Source of the DNA: an uncultured Acidobacteriaceae bacterium
GTDB taxonomy: Bacteria; Acidobacteriota; Terriglobia; Terriglobales; Acidobacteriaceae
Direction: 5' to 3'
Assembly: GCA_963760475.1 (NCBI GenBank)
Contig: CAVXDG010000002.1
Span: 11,602-75,601 of the forward strand
Length of the DNA stretch: 64,000 nucleotides
Shown: in pieces, positions 32,117 to 41,792 of the stretch
Numbering within the stretch: the first letter of the stretch is position 1
Layout: each line of letters begins with the position of its first letter
Notes under the pieces: generated by a model
What the model was told of the DNA's origin: nothing
Seen by the model: only the letters and a program-made list of their open reading frames with translations
The model's database searches: none
Made by a program: the position numbers and the translations under genes

Positions 32117-33144
32117 GCGCGCTCCTCAGGCTTCTCTTCCGCTGCCACCTTTTTCTCGAGCCGGTCCAGCCGCTTCAGCAGCTCCGGCAACCGCTGAAAA
32201 ATTGCCACTGCACGCAGCCACATTCGGTTGTCGAACCCCGGCGATCCTGAGATGATCTTCCCCGGCGGAACATCGTGGCTCACTGCAGACTGCGCCGTTA
32301 GAATCACACCGTCACCCACTGTGCAATGGCCGGCAATCCCCGTCTGCCCTGCCAGAATCACGTTGTTGCCAATTACCGACGACCCCGCCAGTCCCGTCTG
32401 CGCGCAAATCAGCGAGTTCTCCCCGACCTTCGACCCATGCCCCACCTGCACAAGGTTGTCGATCTTGCTGCCATCGCCGATCTCCGTCGCGCCCACCGTT
32501 GCCCGGTCCACGCACGCATTCGCCTGCACATCCACCCGATTGCCCAGCCGCACCGGCCCCGACTGCGGAATCTTCTGCCACTCGCCCTTGTCGTTCTTCG
32601 AGAAGCCGAACCCGTCCGCCCCAACGATGGCGCCGTTCTCGAGCGTCACATGGTCGCCCAGTACACAGTGCTCACGCACCACTGCATGCGCATGGGCAAA
32701 GAAACAGTCTCCCACCGTCACGCCCGGGTATAGAACGACGTGCGGCAGCAGCGTAGCCCGCTTGCCAACCCGCACTCCGGGCCCAATCACCACGTAAGCC
32801 CCCACATGCGCTCCCGGGCCAACCTCCGCCGTCGGATCGATCACCGCGGTCGAATGAATGCCCTCGGCATAGGCCGGGGGCTGGTAGAACATCCCCAATG
32901 CCCGCGAAAACGCATGATAAGGGTTCTTAATCCGCAGCGTGGCCGTCGCAATCTCTGGAAACTCCGGTTCCACCACCACCGCTGCGGCCTTTGTCGTACG
33001 CGCCAGCCCGGCATACTTGGGGTTGGCGACAAACGTAATCTCCGTCGGCCCTGCCTCTTCAATCCCTTGCACCCCAGTCACTTCCACACTCGCGTCGCCG
33101 CGCAGTTCCGCGCCCAGGTAGGTTGCCAACTCGCCAAGTTTCAT
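32113..33144 (-). CDS. lpxD: UDP-3-O-acylglucosamine N-acyltransferase
   Basis: ITFVANPKY, GADGFGF, KIDNLVQVGH and hexapeptide repeats. Confidence 0.96.
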   Translation of the reverse strand: MKLGELATYLGAELRGDASVEVTGVQGIEEAGPTEITFVANPKYAGLARTTKAAAVVVEPEFPEIATATLRIKNPYHAFSRALGMFYQPPAYAEGIHSTAVIDPTAEVGPGAHVGAYVVIGPGVRVGKRATLLPHVVLYPGVTVGDCFFAHAHAVVREHCVLGDHVTLENGAIVGADGFGFSKNDKGEWQKIPQSGPVRLGNRVDVQANACVDRATVGATEIGDGSKIDNLVQVGHGSKVGENSLICAQTGLAGSSVIGNNVILAGQTGIAGHCTVGDGVILTAQSAVSHDVPPGKIISGSPGFDNRMWLRAVAIFQRLPELLKRLDRLEKKVAAEEKPEERA

Positions 33145-33185
33145 CGGGTAGATTGTACCGGAACCCATTCCCTGCGGCTGTGCGG

Positions 33186-33686
33186 CTAAGCGCTGTCGGT
33201 CTCGCTCGGGAACAGCTCTGGCTGCGCCACGCTCGCATCGCGCTTCCCGCGTCCCGCCCCGATCAGGCTCACCACTTCGAGCGTCTGGATCGCCGCCCGC
33301 GGCACAAAGACCCGCTGCGTGTTCGAGCGCGTATCCGGAGGGGTCAGGAGCAGCCCGGCTCCTTCGATCAGCGATCGGTCGTTCGCCGCCAGCCCTTCAA
33401 GCTCGTCCCCATCGGTTAGGGTCATCCGCAGCCAAAGCCCGGCAGCCCTCGGCCGCACCGCAAATTTCTTTTGCAGCAGGCGCTCCGGGTTGGCCGATTC
33501 GCCGGCAGGGAAGTCCCGGACATAGCAGACCCACTTCACCGCTTCCCAGCCAATCGTCATCACCTTGCCCTTCAGATCCAGAATCTCCAATTCCGGGGCC
33601 TCGGAGACGAAACTCCCACTCGCATATCCCGCTACCCAGTCTCGGGAGAACTTACGCACAATCACAGGTTTACGATGCGAGGCCAT
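33186..33686 (-). CDS. Conserved hypothetical protein (DUF6982-like)
   Basis: VKWVCYVRDF, DGDELEG and SNTQRVFVP motifs. Confidence 0.6.
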   Translation of the reverse strand: MASHRKPVIVRKFSRDWVAGYASGSFVSEAPELEILDLKGKVMTIGWEAVKWVCYVRDFPAGESANPERLLQKKFAVRPRAAGLWLRMTLTDGDELEGLAANDRSLIEGAGLLLTPPDTRSNTQRVFVPRAAIQTLEVVSLIGAGRGKRDASVAQPELFPSETDSA

Positions 33687-33873
33687 ACGCATGGATTGTC
33701 GCACGATCACCCCCTCGGTGGCAGGCCAAAAGCAGCAATCCCGGTGCACATCTCTCTAGCCAACAGGTATCATTTGTGTTAAGGTACTGGTTTGCAAGCC
33801 CCGCCGAGGCGCACTGTAAGCGTAACTGCATCAGGCATTTGGGTCGGGATTGAGAGGATGAAAGCGGAACGGA

Positions 33874-35856
33874 ATGCCCGACTATATCTACCTCCTTGAA
33901 AACCGGCTGTCGGCGAATCAGAAGAGCGCCATTGGAAAGCTGCGCCAGGTCGCGCGCGACGCAGGCATCATTCTCTTTCTCACCGGGGACGCCGTCCGCG
34001 ATTTGACCAGTGGCCACGCAGTTCGCGATCTTGAAGTGGCAGTTCATGGAAATGCGCTTAAATTAAAGAAGACATTGGAGAAATCTGGGGCAAAGCTTTG
34101 GGGGGAAGACGAGGCATCGCACACGCTCTATCTCTGTTTTCCCGGTACCGTGCGCGTCGATCTGCTCAGCACCCACCGCCTCGAATACCCGAAACCCGGC
34201 AAGCCTGTCTACCACGCCGCCTCCATCCAAGAGGATCTTCGCCGCCGCGACTTTACCGTAAACGCGATGGCGATCTCCCTGAATGAGGGATCCTATGGCC
34301 TGCTGATGGACCCGCTGAATGGCGCAGCCGACATTGAGGCCCGCACCCTCCGCCTGGTCTCAAACTATGGCTTTCTCGAAGATCCAGCAATCCTGATCCG
34401 CGCTACCCGCTACCGCATTCGCCTTGGTTGGGATCTAGATCCCCGCACCCAGGCGCGCTACGAGAACGCCAAGGCTGAGAATGTCATCGAGTACCTCTTG
34501 CCCCAAGCGCGCAGCCAGGAACTCGAACAGATCGGCCACGAAGATGACGGCCTGAAGGTCCTCACCGCCCTTGAGGCCGAGGGCTGGATGAAAGCCCTCT
34601 TTCCGGCCTGGACCCCCGCCAAGGCGGATGAGGAAAAGCTCAAATCTCTTCACGACTTGGCGGCAGAACTTCAAATGCAGGGTGTACATCCTGATATGTC
34701 CGCCGCTCAGATGCAGTTGCTGACCTCAAGACTGGCCTCCAAAGACGTGGCAGCACTCAAGAAGCTCCTTCTGCGCCCCGGCTTTGTGGAGGAGTGGAAT
34801 GGTCTCGACGCGCTAGCCTCCGGTTTCTCCAAAGTGCTCCTAGCCAAGCCTCCGCTGACCCCATCGGCAACTTTCAAGCTTTTCACGAGCTATGAGCCAA
34901 AAGCGGTTCTATGGCTTGGATTTACGACAACATCCGCGCCGGTTAAAGATCGGTACGAGCAGTTCCTCAAAGTTTGGCCCGAAGCCCGCCAGCGCATCCC
35001 CTACGCCCTGATGCAGGAGATGCGGATCACGCCCGATCTGCCTACCTACAAGGAGATCGTAGAAAAGCTCTTCCTTGAGCTGATCGATGGCCGACTGATC
35101 ACTCCGGAAGAGGCTCGCGCCTTCCTCGATCCCTACTCGCCCCCGGCACCCCCGCCGCAGGTCACCATCAAGCGTACTCGCGCGCGCCGCGGAGCCGAGG
35201 CCAAGGTCAAGGAACGTGTTCTGGACGACGACGAGGACGAAGTCGTCTCCGACGAAGACCCCGACCTGGATGACATCGGCGGAGACGAAGATGAAATCGA
35301 TATCGGTGTTCCCAAGCTCGAGCTAGACAGTGACGACGAGGACGATGGAGTGCTCGATCACGAAGAAGGGGCAGACGGCGAGGCAGATGAGCCTCCTGCT
35401 CCCAAGCGCGGCAAGCGTGCTCCGGAACCAGTGCCGGCAAAAGCAGCTGTGACAAAGGCAGGTGCCGTCAAGGCGGGTAAGGACAACGGTAAACCAGTGT
35501 CCACAATCAAGCCTGCACCTCAGGAAAAATCGGCGTCAAAGCCGGGAGCCAAGCCGCCGGCCAAGCCAGCAGCTACGCCAAAGCCCGCGGTTCCACCCGC
35601 CAAGACCGCACCTGCTGCCAAAAAGCCGACAACTGCGTCCCCAGTAAAAAGCGTCAAGGCACCGGCCGCCGTGAAGGCTGCAGCCAAGAAGGCTCCGTCA
35701 AAACCGGCGCCCAAGCCAGTAGCGAAACCCAAGCCGAAGCCGGCGCCGACCAAGGCTGCACCGGCAAAGAAGAAACCTGCGCCGCCTGCCAAACCTGCCA
35801 AGGCGTCGAAGCCGGCCCCCAAAAAGCCCGTACTCAAATCCGGCAAAAAGCGCTAA
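33874..35856 (+). CDS. Class II tRNA nucleotidyltransferase/poly(A) polymerase family protein with acidic and PAK-rich tail
   Basis: GDAVRD, DLRRRDFTVNAMA and EDP motifs; long D/E block followed by a K/A/P tail. Confidence 0.85.
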   Translation: MPDYIYLLENRLSANQKSAIGKLRQVARDAGIILFLTGDAVRDLTSGHAVRDLEVAVHGNALKLKKTLEKSGAKLWGEDEASHTLYLCFPGTVRVDLLSTHRLEYPKPGKPVYHAASIQEDLRRRDFTVNAMAISLNEGSYGLLMDPLNGAADIEARTLRLVSNYGFLEDPAILIRATRYRIRLGWDLDPRTQARYENAKAENVIEYLLPQARSQELEQIGHEDDGLKVLTALEAEGWMKALFPAWTPAKADEEKLKSLHDLAAELQMQGVHPDMSAAQMQLLTSRLASKDVAALKKLLLRPGFVEEWNGLDALASGFSKVLLAKPPLTPSATFKLFTSYEPKAVLWLGFTTTSAPVKDRYEQFLKVWPEARQRIPYALMQEMRITPDLPTYKEIVEKLFLELIDGRLITPEEARAFLDPYSPPAPPPQVTIKRTRARRGAEAKVKERVLDDDEDEVVSDEDPDLDDIGGDEDEIDIGVPKLELDSDDEDDGVLDHEEGADGEADEPPAPKRGKRAPEPVPAKAAVTKAGAVKAGKDNGKPVSTIKPAPQEKSASKPGAKPPAKPAATPKPAVPPAKTAPAAKKPTTASPVKSVKAPAAVKAAAKKAPSKPAPKPVAKPKPKPAPTKAAPAKKKPAPPAKPAKASKPAPKKPVLKSGKKR

Positions 35857-35964
35857 GCCAGCCATCGGCAGAAAACGCTCGGATCAGCTGTGCCAACATC
35901 TTCGCCGTACACTCGCGCTGACCCGTCATGATATGTTCAGGGCATTCCGGAGGGTCTTCTCTGC

Positions 35965-37407
35965 ATGTTTACACGGCGTCTGCTCGCGCTTTGTGTCTGT
36001 TTGCCGATGGTTTTTCTCCTTGCTGCCAATGCGGCTCACGCGGCCGATCGCTTGCTTTCCGCAAAACTTGCCGACGCCACGCCCGGTTATCGCTTTGAGC
36101 GCGGAGGCTGGATCTACGTCCATCTCGAAGGCTCTCCATCGGAAATCGGCTACCAGCATGGCCGCCTGCTCGCTCCCGAGATTGCCGACCTTGTCCGTGT
36201 CACCAAGCTTGAAACCCTGCACTCCACCAAGCGCAATTGGGAGTTTTACCGTGAAGCCAGCCGCAAAATGCTCTGGCCCCACATCGAGGCCGAGTATCAG
36301 CAGGAACTCGAAGGTATTGCCAAAGGCGTACGCTCCAAGGGCATCAAGCTCGACGTATGGGACATCGTCGCCCTCAATGGGAGTATCGAGCTGCCCAGCT
36401 ACTATGTGCCCTGGCTGAACAAGAGCCAGCAGGCCGCCAACGCTCCGCACATCCTCCCGGAAGGCCATTGCTCGGCCTTCATCGCTAACGGTAGCTATAC
36501 CAAGAATGGCAAGATCGTCATCGCGCACAATAACTGGTCGTCCTATGCGGATGGCGAACGCTGGACCGTCATGTTTGATATTCAGCCCGCGCACGGCCAT
36601 CGCATGATGATGGATGGCGAGCCTGGCGTCATTACCAGCCAGGACGACTTTGGCATTAACGATGCCGGCCTCATGATTACGGAAACCACGATCACCCAGT
36701 TCGAAGGCTGGAACCCTGACGGAATTCCGGAGTTCGTCCGCTCCCGCAAGGCCATGCAATACGCCGGCACCATCGACGAATACGCCAGCCTCATCAAGGA
36801 AGGCAACAACGGCGGCTATGCGAATGACTGGCTGGTCGGTGATCGAAAAACCGGCGAGATCGCTTATCTTGAGCTGGGCCTCAAGAACACTCCCCTCTGG
36901 CGCACCAAAGACGGCTACTTCATCAGCTCGAACTTCGCCCGCGACCCCAACCTGATCAAGAATGAGACCGGCGGATTCGATCCCACCAACCTTGCAACCT
37001 CTCCCAACGCACGCCGCGTCACGTGGGAAGACAAAATGGCGACGTCCAAAGGCCGTATTGACGTCAATATGGCGGAGCAGTTTCTGGCCGACCATGTCGA
37101 CAGCTACACCGGCAAAGTGAACCCCGATTCTCGTACTCTCTGCGGCCACACCGATCGTGATTCCCGCGGCGTGCCCGAGTGGGAGGACGGACCGTACTAT
37201 CCTGAAGGCGCGGTCACCGGCAAGGTCGCTGACTCCGATATGGCTGCGCATCTCTCGCTCATCGGACGCGCCGGGCATCCCTGCGGTGAGGACTTTCTTG
37301 CCGCCCCCTTCTTCGCCGCGCACCCGGAGTACCGCTACCTCAAGCCCATCCTCAAAGACATGAAGGCTGGCCCATGGACCACCTTCTCGGCGGGTGAGAA
37401 GCCTTAG
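35965..37407 (+). CDS. Exported C45/phospholipase-B-like Ntn hydrolase
   Basis: Signal peptide, EIGYQHG, H-CSAF autoprocessing site and NNGGYANDW. Confidence 0.8.
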   Translation: MFTRRLLALCVCLPMVFLLAANAAHAADRLLSAKLADATPGYRFERGGWIYVHLEGSPSEIGYQHGRLLAPEIADLVRVTKLETLHSTKRNWEFYREASRKMLWPHIEAEYQQELEGIAKGVRSKGIKLDVWDIVALNGSIELPSYYVPWLNKSQQAANAPHILPEGHCSAFIANGSYTKNGKIVIAHNNWSSYADGERWTVMFDIQPAHGHRMMMDGEPGVITSQDDFGINDAGLMITETTITQFEGWNPDGIPEFVRSRKAMQYAGTIDEYASLIKEGNNGGYANDWLVGDRKTGEIAYLELGLKNTPLWRTKDGYFISSNFARDPNLIKNETGGFDPTNLATSPNARRVTWEDKMATSKGRIDVNMAEQFLADHVDSYTGKVNPDSRTLCGHTDRDSRGVPEWEDGPYYPEGAVTGKVADSDMAAHLSLIGRAGHPCGEDFLAAPFFAAHPEYRYLKPILKDMKAGPWTTFSAGEKP

Positions 37408-37433
37408 TTCACTTATTCAATCCGCATGAAAAT

Positions 37434-37465
37434 GGGTGCCCCAGGTCTCGCTTCTGAGACTGGGA
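37434..37465 (+). repeat. REP-like element family A, copy 1
   Basis: GGGTGCCCCAGGTCTCGCTTCTGAGACTGGGA; related copies at 42654, 51174 and 61151. Confidence 0.8.
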
Positions 37466-37488
37466 AAGCGGCCGACCCCAACGAGTCC

Positions 37489-37959
37489 TCACTTGTAGAG
37501 GATGTGGATGCTGGCTTCCGTCACCGGACACTGCACGTGAACCACTGCAGCCCGAAACGGGGGCGGACCAAATCCCACGTGCGGATTGTTCGCAAATCCG
37601 AAACCCTCTTTCGGAAAGCCGAACAGGTTTTTGTCCAGTTTCATGTTCTTGTTTTCATCGTGGAGCGCAACCACTCCGTAGTCGCCTGTCGAGACTCCGG
37701 TAAACACGACAGTTGCCTCGCGGCCTTGGGCGGCAATTTCCGATGCCTCGTGCCGTTCGGCCTTTGCTACATCTTCCGGCCAGCCGTCCGGCGAGCGAAA
37801 TAGCAGAACCCCCACGACGCCCTTGGCATTACGCAGTCCGTCCGCATGAATGCGCAGCGTGCAGCGTTGTCCTTCAGGTTCACGCGCAGGAGACAGGGAT
37901 CCTCCCCACGTCGCGTTTCCCAGCAAAACAGTAAATAGAGCAAGGTGATAACGTCTCAT
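37489..37959 (-). CDS. DUF2141 exported protein
   Basis: GDYGVVALHDENKN and PKEGFGFANN motifs. Confidence 0.85.
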   Translation of the reverse strand: MRRYHLALFTVLLGNATWGGSLSPAREPEGQRCTLRIHADGLRNAKGVVGVLLFRSPDGWPEDVAKAERHEASEIAAQGREATVVFTGVSTGDYGVVALHDENKNMKLDKNLFGFPKEGFGFANNPHVGFGPPPFRAAVVHVQCPVTEASIHILYK

Positions 37960-38096
37960 GGAGGGCAACGAAAAGGGGCGGAAAAATCCGCCCCTCGGGT
38001 TGTGACGACACATCGAGTGTCCTGTCGTTCGCGGCGTTCTGCCCGCCGGACCCTTTGTTTCCGCTTCGATCAGCGAAATCGTGCAGCGCGTTGCCT

Positions 38097-38435
38097 TTAG
38101 TAGCGGCCGCGTCCTCGAGAAGCGCCGCCGCCCCCCCCGCCGCTGCCCTTGCGGGCCTGGTAGCAGTCCCTGCAAAACACCGGACGATCTCCGCGCGGTT
38201 CAAACGGTACAGTCGTCGGTTGGCCGCAGCCAGAGCAGATCACAGGCGTTCCCTGTGCAGGAGCCGAACGATAACCGGAACCCCCTCCCCCCTGGTCGTT
38301 TTTCTTTGCCATCCGGCAAGGCTTGCAGCGTTTTGGGGTCGAATAACCGCGTTCCTGAAAGAACGCCTGATCTGCAGCGGTGAAGGTGAAATCCTGCCCG
38401 CAATCGCTGCACGTGAGTTGTAGATCTCCGGCCAT
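38097..38435 (-). CDS. Zinc-ribbon / CxxC-x17-CxxC protein with Gly/Arg-rich tail
   Basis: CSDCGQDFTF, PKRCKPCR and CSGCG..VPFEP..CRDC motifs. Confidence 0.85.
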   Translation of the reverse strand: MAGDLQLTCSDCGQDFTFTAADQAFFQERGYSTPKRCKPCRMAKKNDQGGGGSGYRSAPAQGTPVICSGCGQPTTVPFEPRGDRPVFCRDCYQARKGSGGGGGGASRGRGRY

Positions 38436-38639
38436 GGGGTTTCCTCGTGCAGAGATTGTACAGCCCATTTGTCTAATTGTGCATAAGGATTGTGTTGAGA
38501 TCGGAAATGCTGGCCGTCTCATTCGACAGATACTTCAGGCTGAGAGCACGGGATAACGTTTGCCGCGCTGCACGCGTTATAGTCGCAAAGTAAGTGCCTG
38601 GAAAGCGACCTCGCTTCTCTAGTTACTTGGAAAACAACA

Positions 38640-39269
38640 ATGACCGCGCCGAATCCAAAACTCGAAATCGAACAGATCCAGCGTATTCTCGCCGGTGAGA
38701 AGCACTTGTTTCACGACCTTATCCGGCCTTGTGAGCGCTCCATGTATCGCCTCCTCTTCTCGCTTCTCAAAAACGAGGCCGAAGCCGAAGATGCCGCGCA
38801 GGAAGCCGTCATCAAGGTCTATCTCAATTTGCATCTGTTCCGCGGAGAAGCGCAGTTTCGCACCTGGGTGCTTTCCATCGCTCGAAATGAAGGCCTGGGG
38901 CGCCTTAGAAAGCAGGGCATTCGCAAGGAAGAATCACTCGACGCAGCCTCTGAAGATCAGACCGGCGACTATACTCCAGCGATCCTCACCAGTTGGCGCG
39001 AGATCCCGAGCCAAGCTCTGGAACTAAAGGAACTACGCGACATCCTTCGTAAGGCAATTGAAGGCCTGCCGGAGATTTACCGTAACATTATCGTCCTCCG
39101 CGACATCGAAGAAATGGATATCCGCGAAACCGCTGCGGCGCTCGGCATCAGTGAAGGTGCCGTCAAGGTTCGACTGCACCGGGCGCGCGGCATGCTGCAA
39201 AAGGAGCTGGCCCCAAAACTGAAAGCGTTTGCACCCAAACGCAAAGGCCTCTTTTGGGGGCGCGCATGA
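38640..39269 (+). CDS. ECF sigma factor
   Basis: AEDAAQE, FRTWVLSIARN and GAVKVRLHRAR motifs. Confidence 0.92.
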   Translation: MTAPNPKLEIEQIQRILAGEKHLFHDLIRPCERSMYRLLFSLLKNEAEAEDAAQEAVIKVYLNLHLFRGEAQFRTWVLSIARNEGLGRLRKQGIRKEESLDAASEDQTGDYTPAILTSWREIPSQALELKELRDILRKAIEGLPEIYRNIIVLRDIEEMDIRETAAALGISEGAVKVRLHRARGMLQKELAPKLKAFAPKRKGLFWGRA

Positions 39270-39511
39270 GAATCGATTGCAAGCACGTCTGGCAGCACAT
39301 CTCCGCCTACATCGAGGGCGATGTGGACGCGGCTTTGCGCGCTGAAATCGACAGGCATCTCGAAACCTGCGAAGTCTGCTCCGCAGTTCTCGACTCCACG
39401 CGCAACGTTGTCATCCTCATGGCCGACGACCGTGTCTTTGAACTTCCCGCCGGCTTCAGCCAAAGATTGCACGCGCGCATCGATAAAGAACTGGCGCGCG
39501 CTGTTGGATAG
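39266..39511 (+). CDS. Soluble zinc-finger anti-sigma factor (ZAS)
   Basis: C...HLETCEVC (HxxxCxxC); ATGA overlap with the sigma gene; no TM segment. Confidence 0.88.
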   Translation: MRIDCKHVWQHISAYIEGDVDAALRAEIDRHLETCEVCSAVLDSTRNVVILMADDRVFELPAGFSQRLHARIDKELARAVG

Positions 39512-39550
39512 TTTGTAAATATTCGACCGGAGTCCTGCTCCGTTTCGAAA

Positions 39551-40030
39551 TTATTTCGGATTTGAATTCAACGCCGGGAGCGGCGGCACCCCCGTCCGAT
39601 GCACCATCGGATGTGTCCATGTCTCCAGCCCCACCAGCGCCAGCGTTAGAATTGCCATCGCCACCTGCAGCTTCTCCGATCGCTTATCCTGCGCGCTCCG
39701 TTCCCGCCTTCGCCATTGCGCCGAAGGCCGGTTGCGCAAATGCCGGATCCATGCCAGCACCGCCAGGTTCACGACCGCACCCACGGTCGCCAAAATTAGC
39801 ATTGGAATCCGAATAGCGTCTTGATGAAAGCCCTTCGCCGGTGCGTAGATACCGCTGGCCGCAGCCAGCGCCGACAGCCCGATCGCTACACGGATCCCGC
39901 TGACCGTAAGTACCGCCGTGCACAGACTCTGCGCCAGCGCAACCAGCAAACCGGCTCCACTCACCGCGCTCCATCGCTTCCAACTCACCGGAATCTCCCC
40001 TGCCAGCCCTCGCTTTTTGGGTAGGCTCAA
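39551..40030 (-). CDS. Hypothetical membrane protein
   Basis: 3-4 hydrophobic segments; start uncertain. Confidence 0.6.
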   Translation of the reverse strand: MSLPKKRGLAGEIPVSWKRWSAVSGAGLLVALAQSLCTAVLTVSGIRVAIGLSALAAASGIYAPAKGFHQDAIRIPMLILATVGAVVNLAVLAWIRHLRNRPSAQWRRRERSAQDKRSEKLQVAMAILTLALVGLETWTHPMVHRTGVPPLPALNSNPK

Positions 40031-40244
40031 TCAGCTTAAAGGAGGCAGGGGCCCCATGCCCGCGGACCGCAATCAACCGCTTACCTCAAACCCATACCCG
40101 GAACCCAGATACCCACTACCCTAAAACCTCCCGTCAACTGGTTCCGGCATCAAACTGTCCGGCCAATCCAATTAGGGCTGGAGCCCGTACATATTGTCGA
40201 GGGTCCAGCACAAAGAATTTCATTTTCACTTGACCCCTTTTCGC

Positions 40245-40272
40245 TGTAACCTTTCGCCCGTGCACCCACTCC
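40245..40272 (+). promoter_or_regulatory. Putative ECF promoter of the RiPP operon
   Basis: TGTAACC-N16-ACTCC about 100 nt upstream of the precursor; GTAACC is the -35 used by Caulobacter SigF. Confidence 0.45.
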
Positions 40273-40374
40273 TAGAGTGCGTGCCACGGAACGTGCGGGA
40301 TCGATCCCGGCATCCTGCTCGCCCCACAACCGGCGGAGCCCTTCCGCCCCAAACCCCAAGAGAGGTCAATCAAC

Positions 40375-40672
40375 ATGAAGAACCAATTGAATGCTCTGCT
40401 GCTCTCCGCAGCTCTCACCGGTCTCATCGGCGGAACCGTTGCAGCGCACGCAGCTACGGGCACAGCAGCGAAGGGCACCTCGGCCAAAGCGGCCAAGGCC
40501 GGCCTCCGCTACACCAGCCAGGACACCACCAAGCACTCCTGTAAAGGCAAGAACGATTGCAAGGGTACAGGGTGGCTGCAAGTCCAGTGACAATGGCTGC
40601 AAAGGCAAGAACAGCTGCAAGGGCAAGGGCGGCTGCGCGACCGACGGCTCCAAGATGCCGGGCCTGGTCTAG
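40375..40672 (+). CDS. Cys-rich secreted MNIO-RiPP precursor, BufA2-like, 98 aa after removing an extra A at 40567
   Basis: Sec signal followed by CKGKNDCKGQGGC-KSSDNG-CKGKNSCKGKGGC. Confidence 0.85.
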
Positions 40673-40853
40673 CTCCCCCAGGGACCGGCAGCGCAGATTC
40701 AATCCGTCACACGCTTGATCTCGTTGTCCGGTCCCACCCCTCACCTGATTCGAGAACTGTGAAAGGCGCATCGTTTGGCGCTGTTTCCAAGTTTCTCTGT
40801 GTGTCTGTTTCGCTGTTTCTCTCTATCCACTGCACATTGTTCACTGAGTCCCC

Positions 40854-41792
40854 ATGTCCGTCTAATCGCTTCAACGCGTTCTCGAATCACGGCGTCGGCA
40901 TCGGCCTGCGCATTCCGCATTACCAGCACATCTTTTCGCGCAAGCCCGTCGTCGACTGGTTCGAGATCATCTCGGAGAACTTCATGGTCGACGCCGGCCG
41001 CCCGCTCGCCGTGCTCGATCAGATTCTCGAGCAGTACCGCGTCGTGCAGCATGGCGTCTCCATGTACTTCGGCTCCGTGACCGCGCCCGACCCTGAGCAC
41101 CTGCGCCGCCTCAAGCAACTCGTCCGCCGCACCAATACTCCGTGGCTGAGCGACCATCTCTGCTGGGGCTCGGTCGACGGCACCTACACCCACGACCTGC
41201 TCCCGCTGCCCTACACCTGGGAGGCCGTCGAGCGCACCGTCGAGCGCGTACGCCAGGTGCAGGACTATCCTCGAGATCCCCGTCGCCGTCGAAAACGTCA
41301 GCTCCTACGCCGCCTTCACCGGATCCGCAGATGACCGAGTGGGAGTTTCTCAACGAAGTCGTCGAGCGCGCCGACTGCGGCATTCTTCTCGACGTCAACA
41401 ACATCTACGTCTCCTCGGTGAATCACGAATTCAATCCGATGGACTACGTCAACGCCGTCCCCGCGCACCGCGTCGCGCAGATTCACATCGCCGGCCACTC
41501 GCGCTACGAAAAGTACATCCTCGACACGCACGACCATCCCGTGATCGATCCGGTCTGGCAGCTTTATGCGCGCGCCATCGAGCGCTGCGGCCCCACACCC
41601 ACCCTGCTTGAGTGGGACGACCACATCCCCAGCTTCGACGAAGTCCACGCCGAAGCGAAGAAGGCCGAACGCTATCTGCACGCACACACCACGGAACTCG
41701 CCGGAGGCCGCCAAATGACGAGCCCAGCCCATGAACCTCGCCGACCTCCAGCGCGAAATGGCCGCGGCGGTGATGCAGCCGCTCACAGCTAG
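40854..41792 (+). CDS. MNIO (DUF692) multinuclear non-heme iron enzyme (3 apparent +1 indels)
   Basis: GIGLR, FEIISENF, HGVS, SDHLCW, ENVSSY, LDVNNIYV, HIAGH, DTH and EWD motifs. Confidence 0.93.

Noticed and set aside
35400-35856. Separate histone-like gene or DNA tandem repeat
   Set aside because: It is a continuous in-frame low-complexity tail with varied codons.
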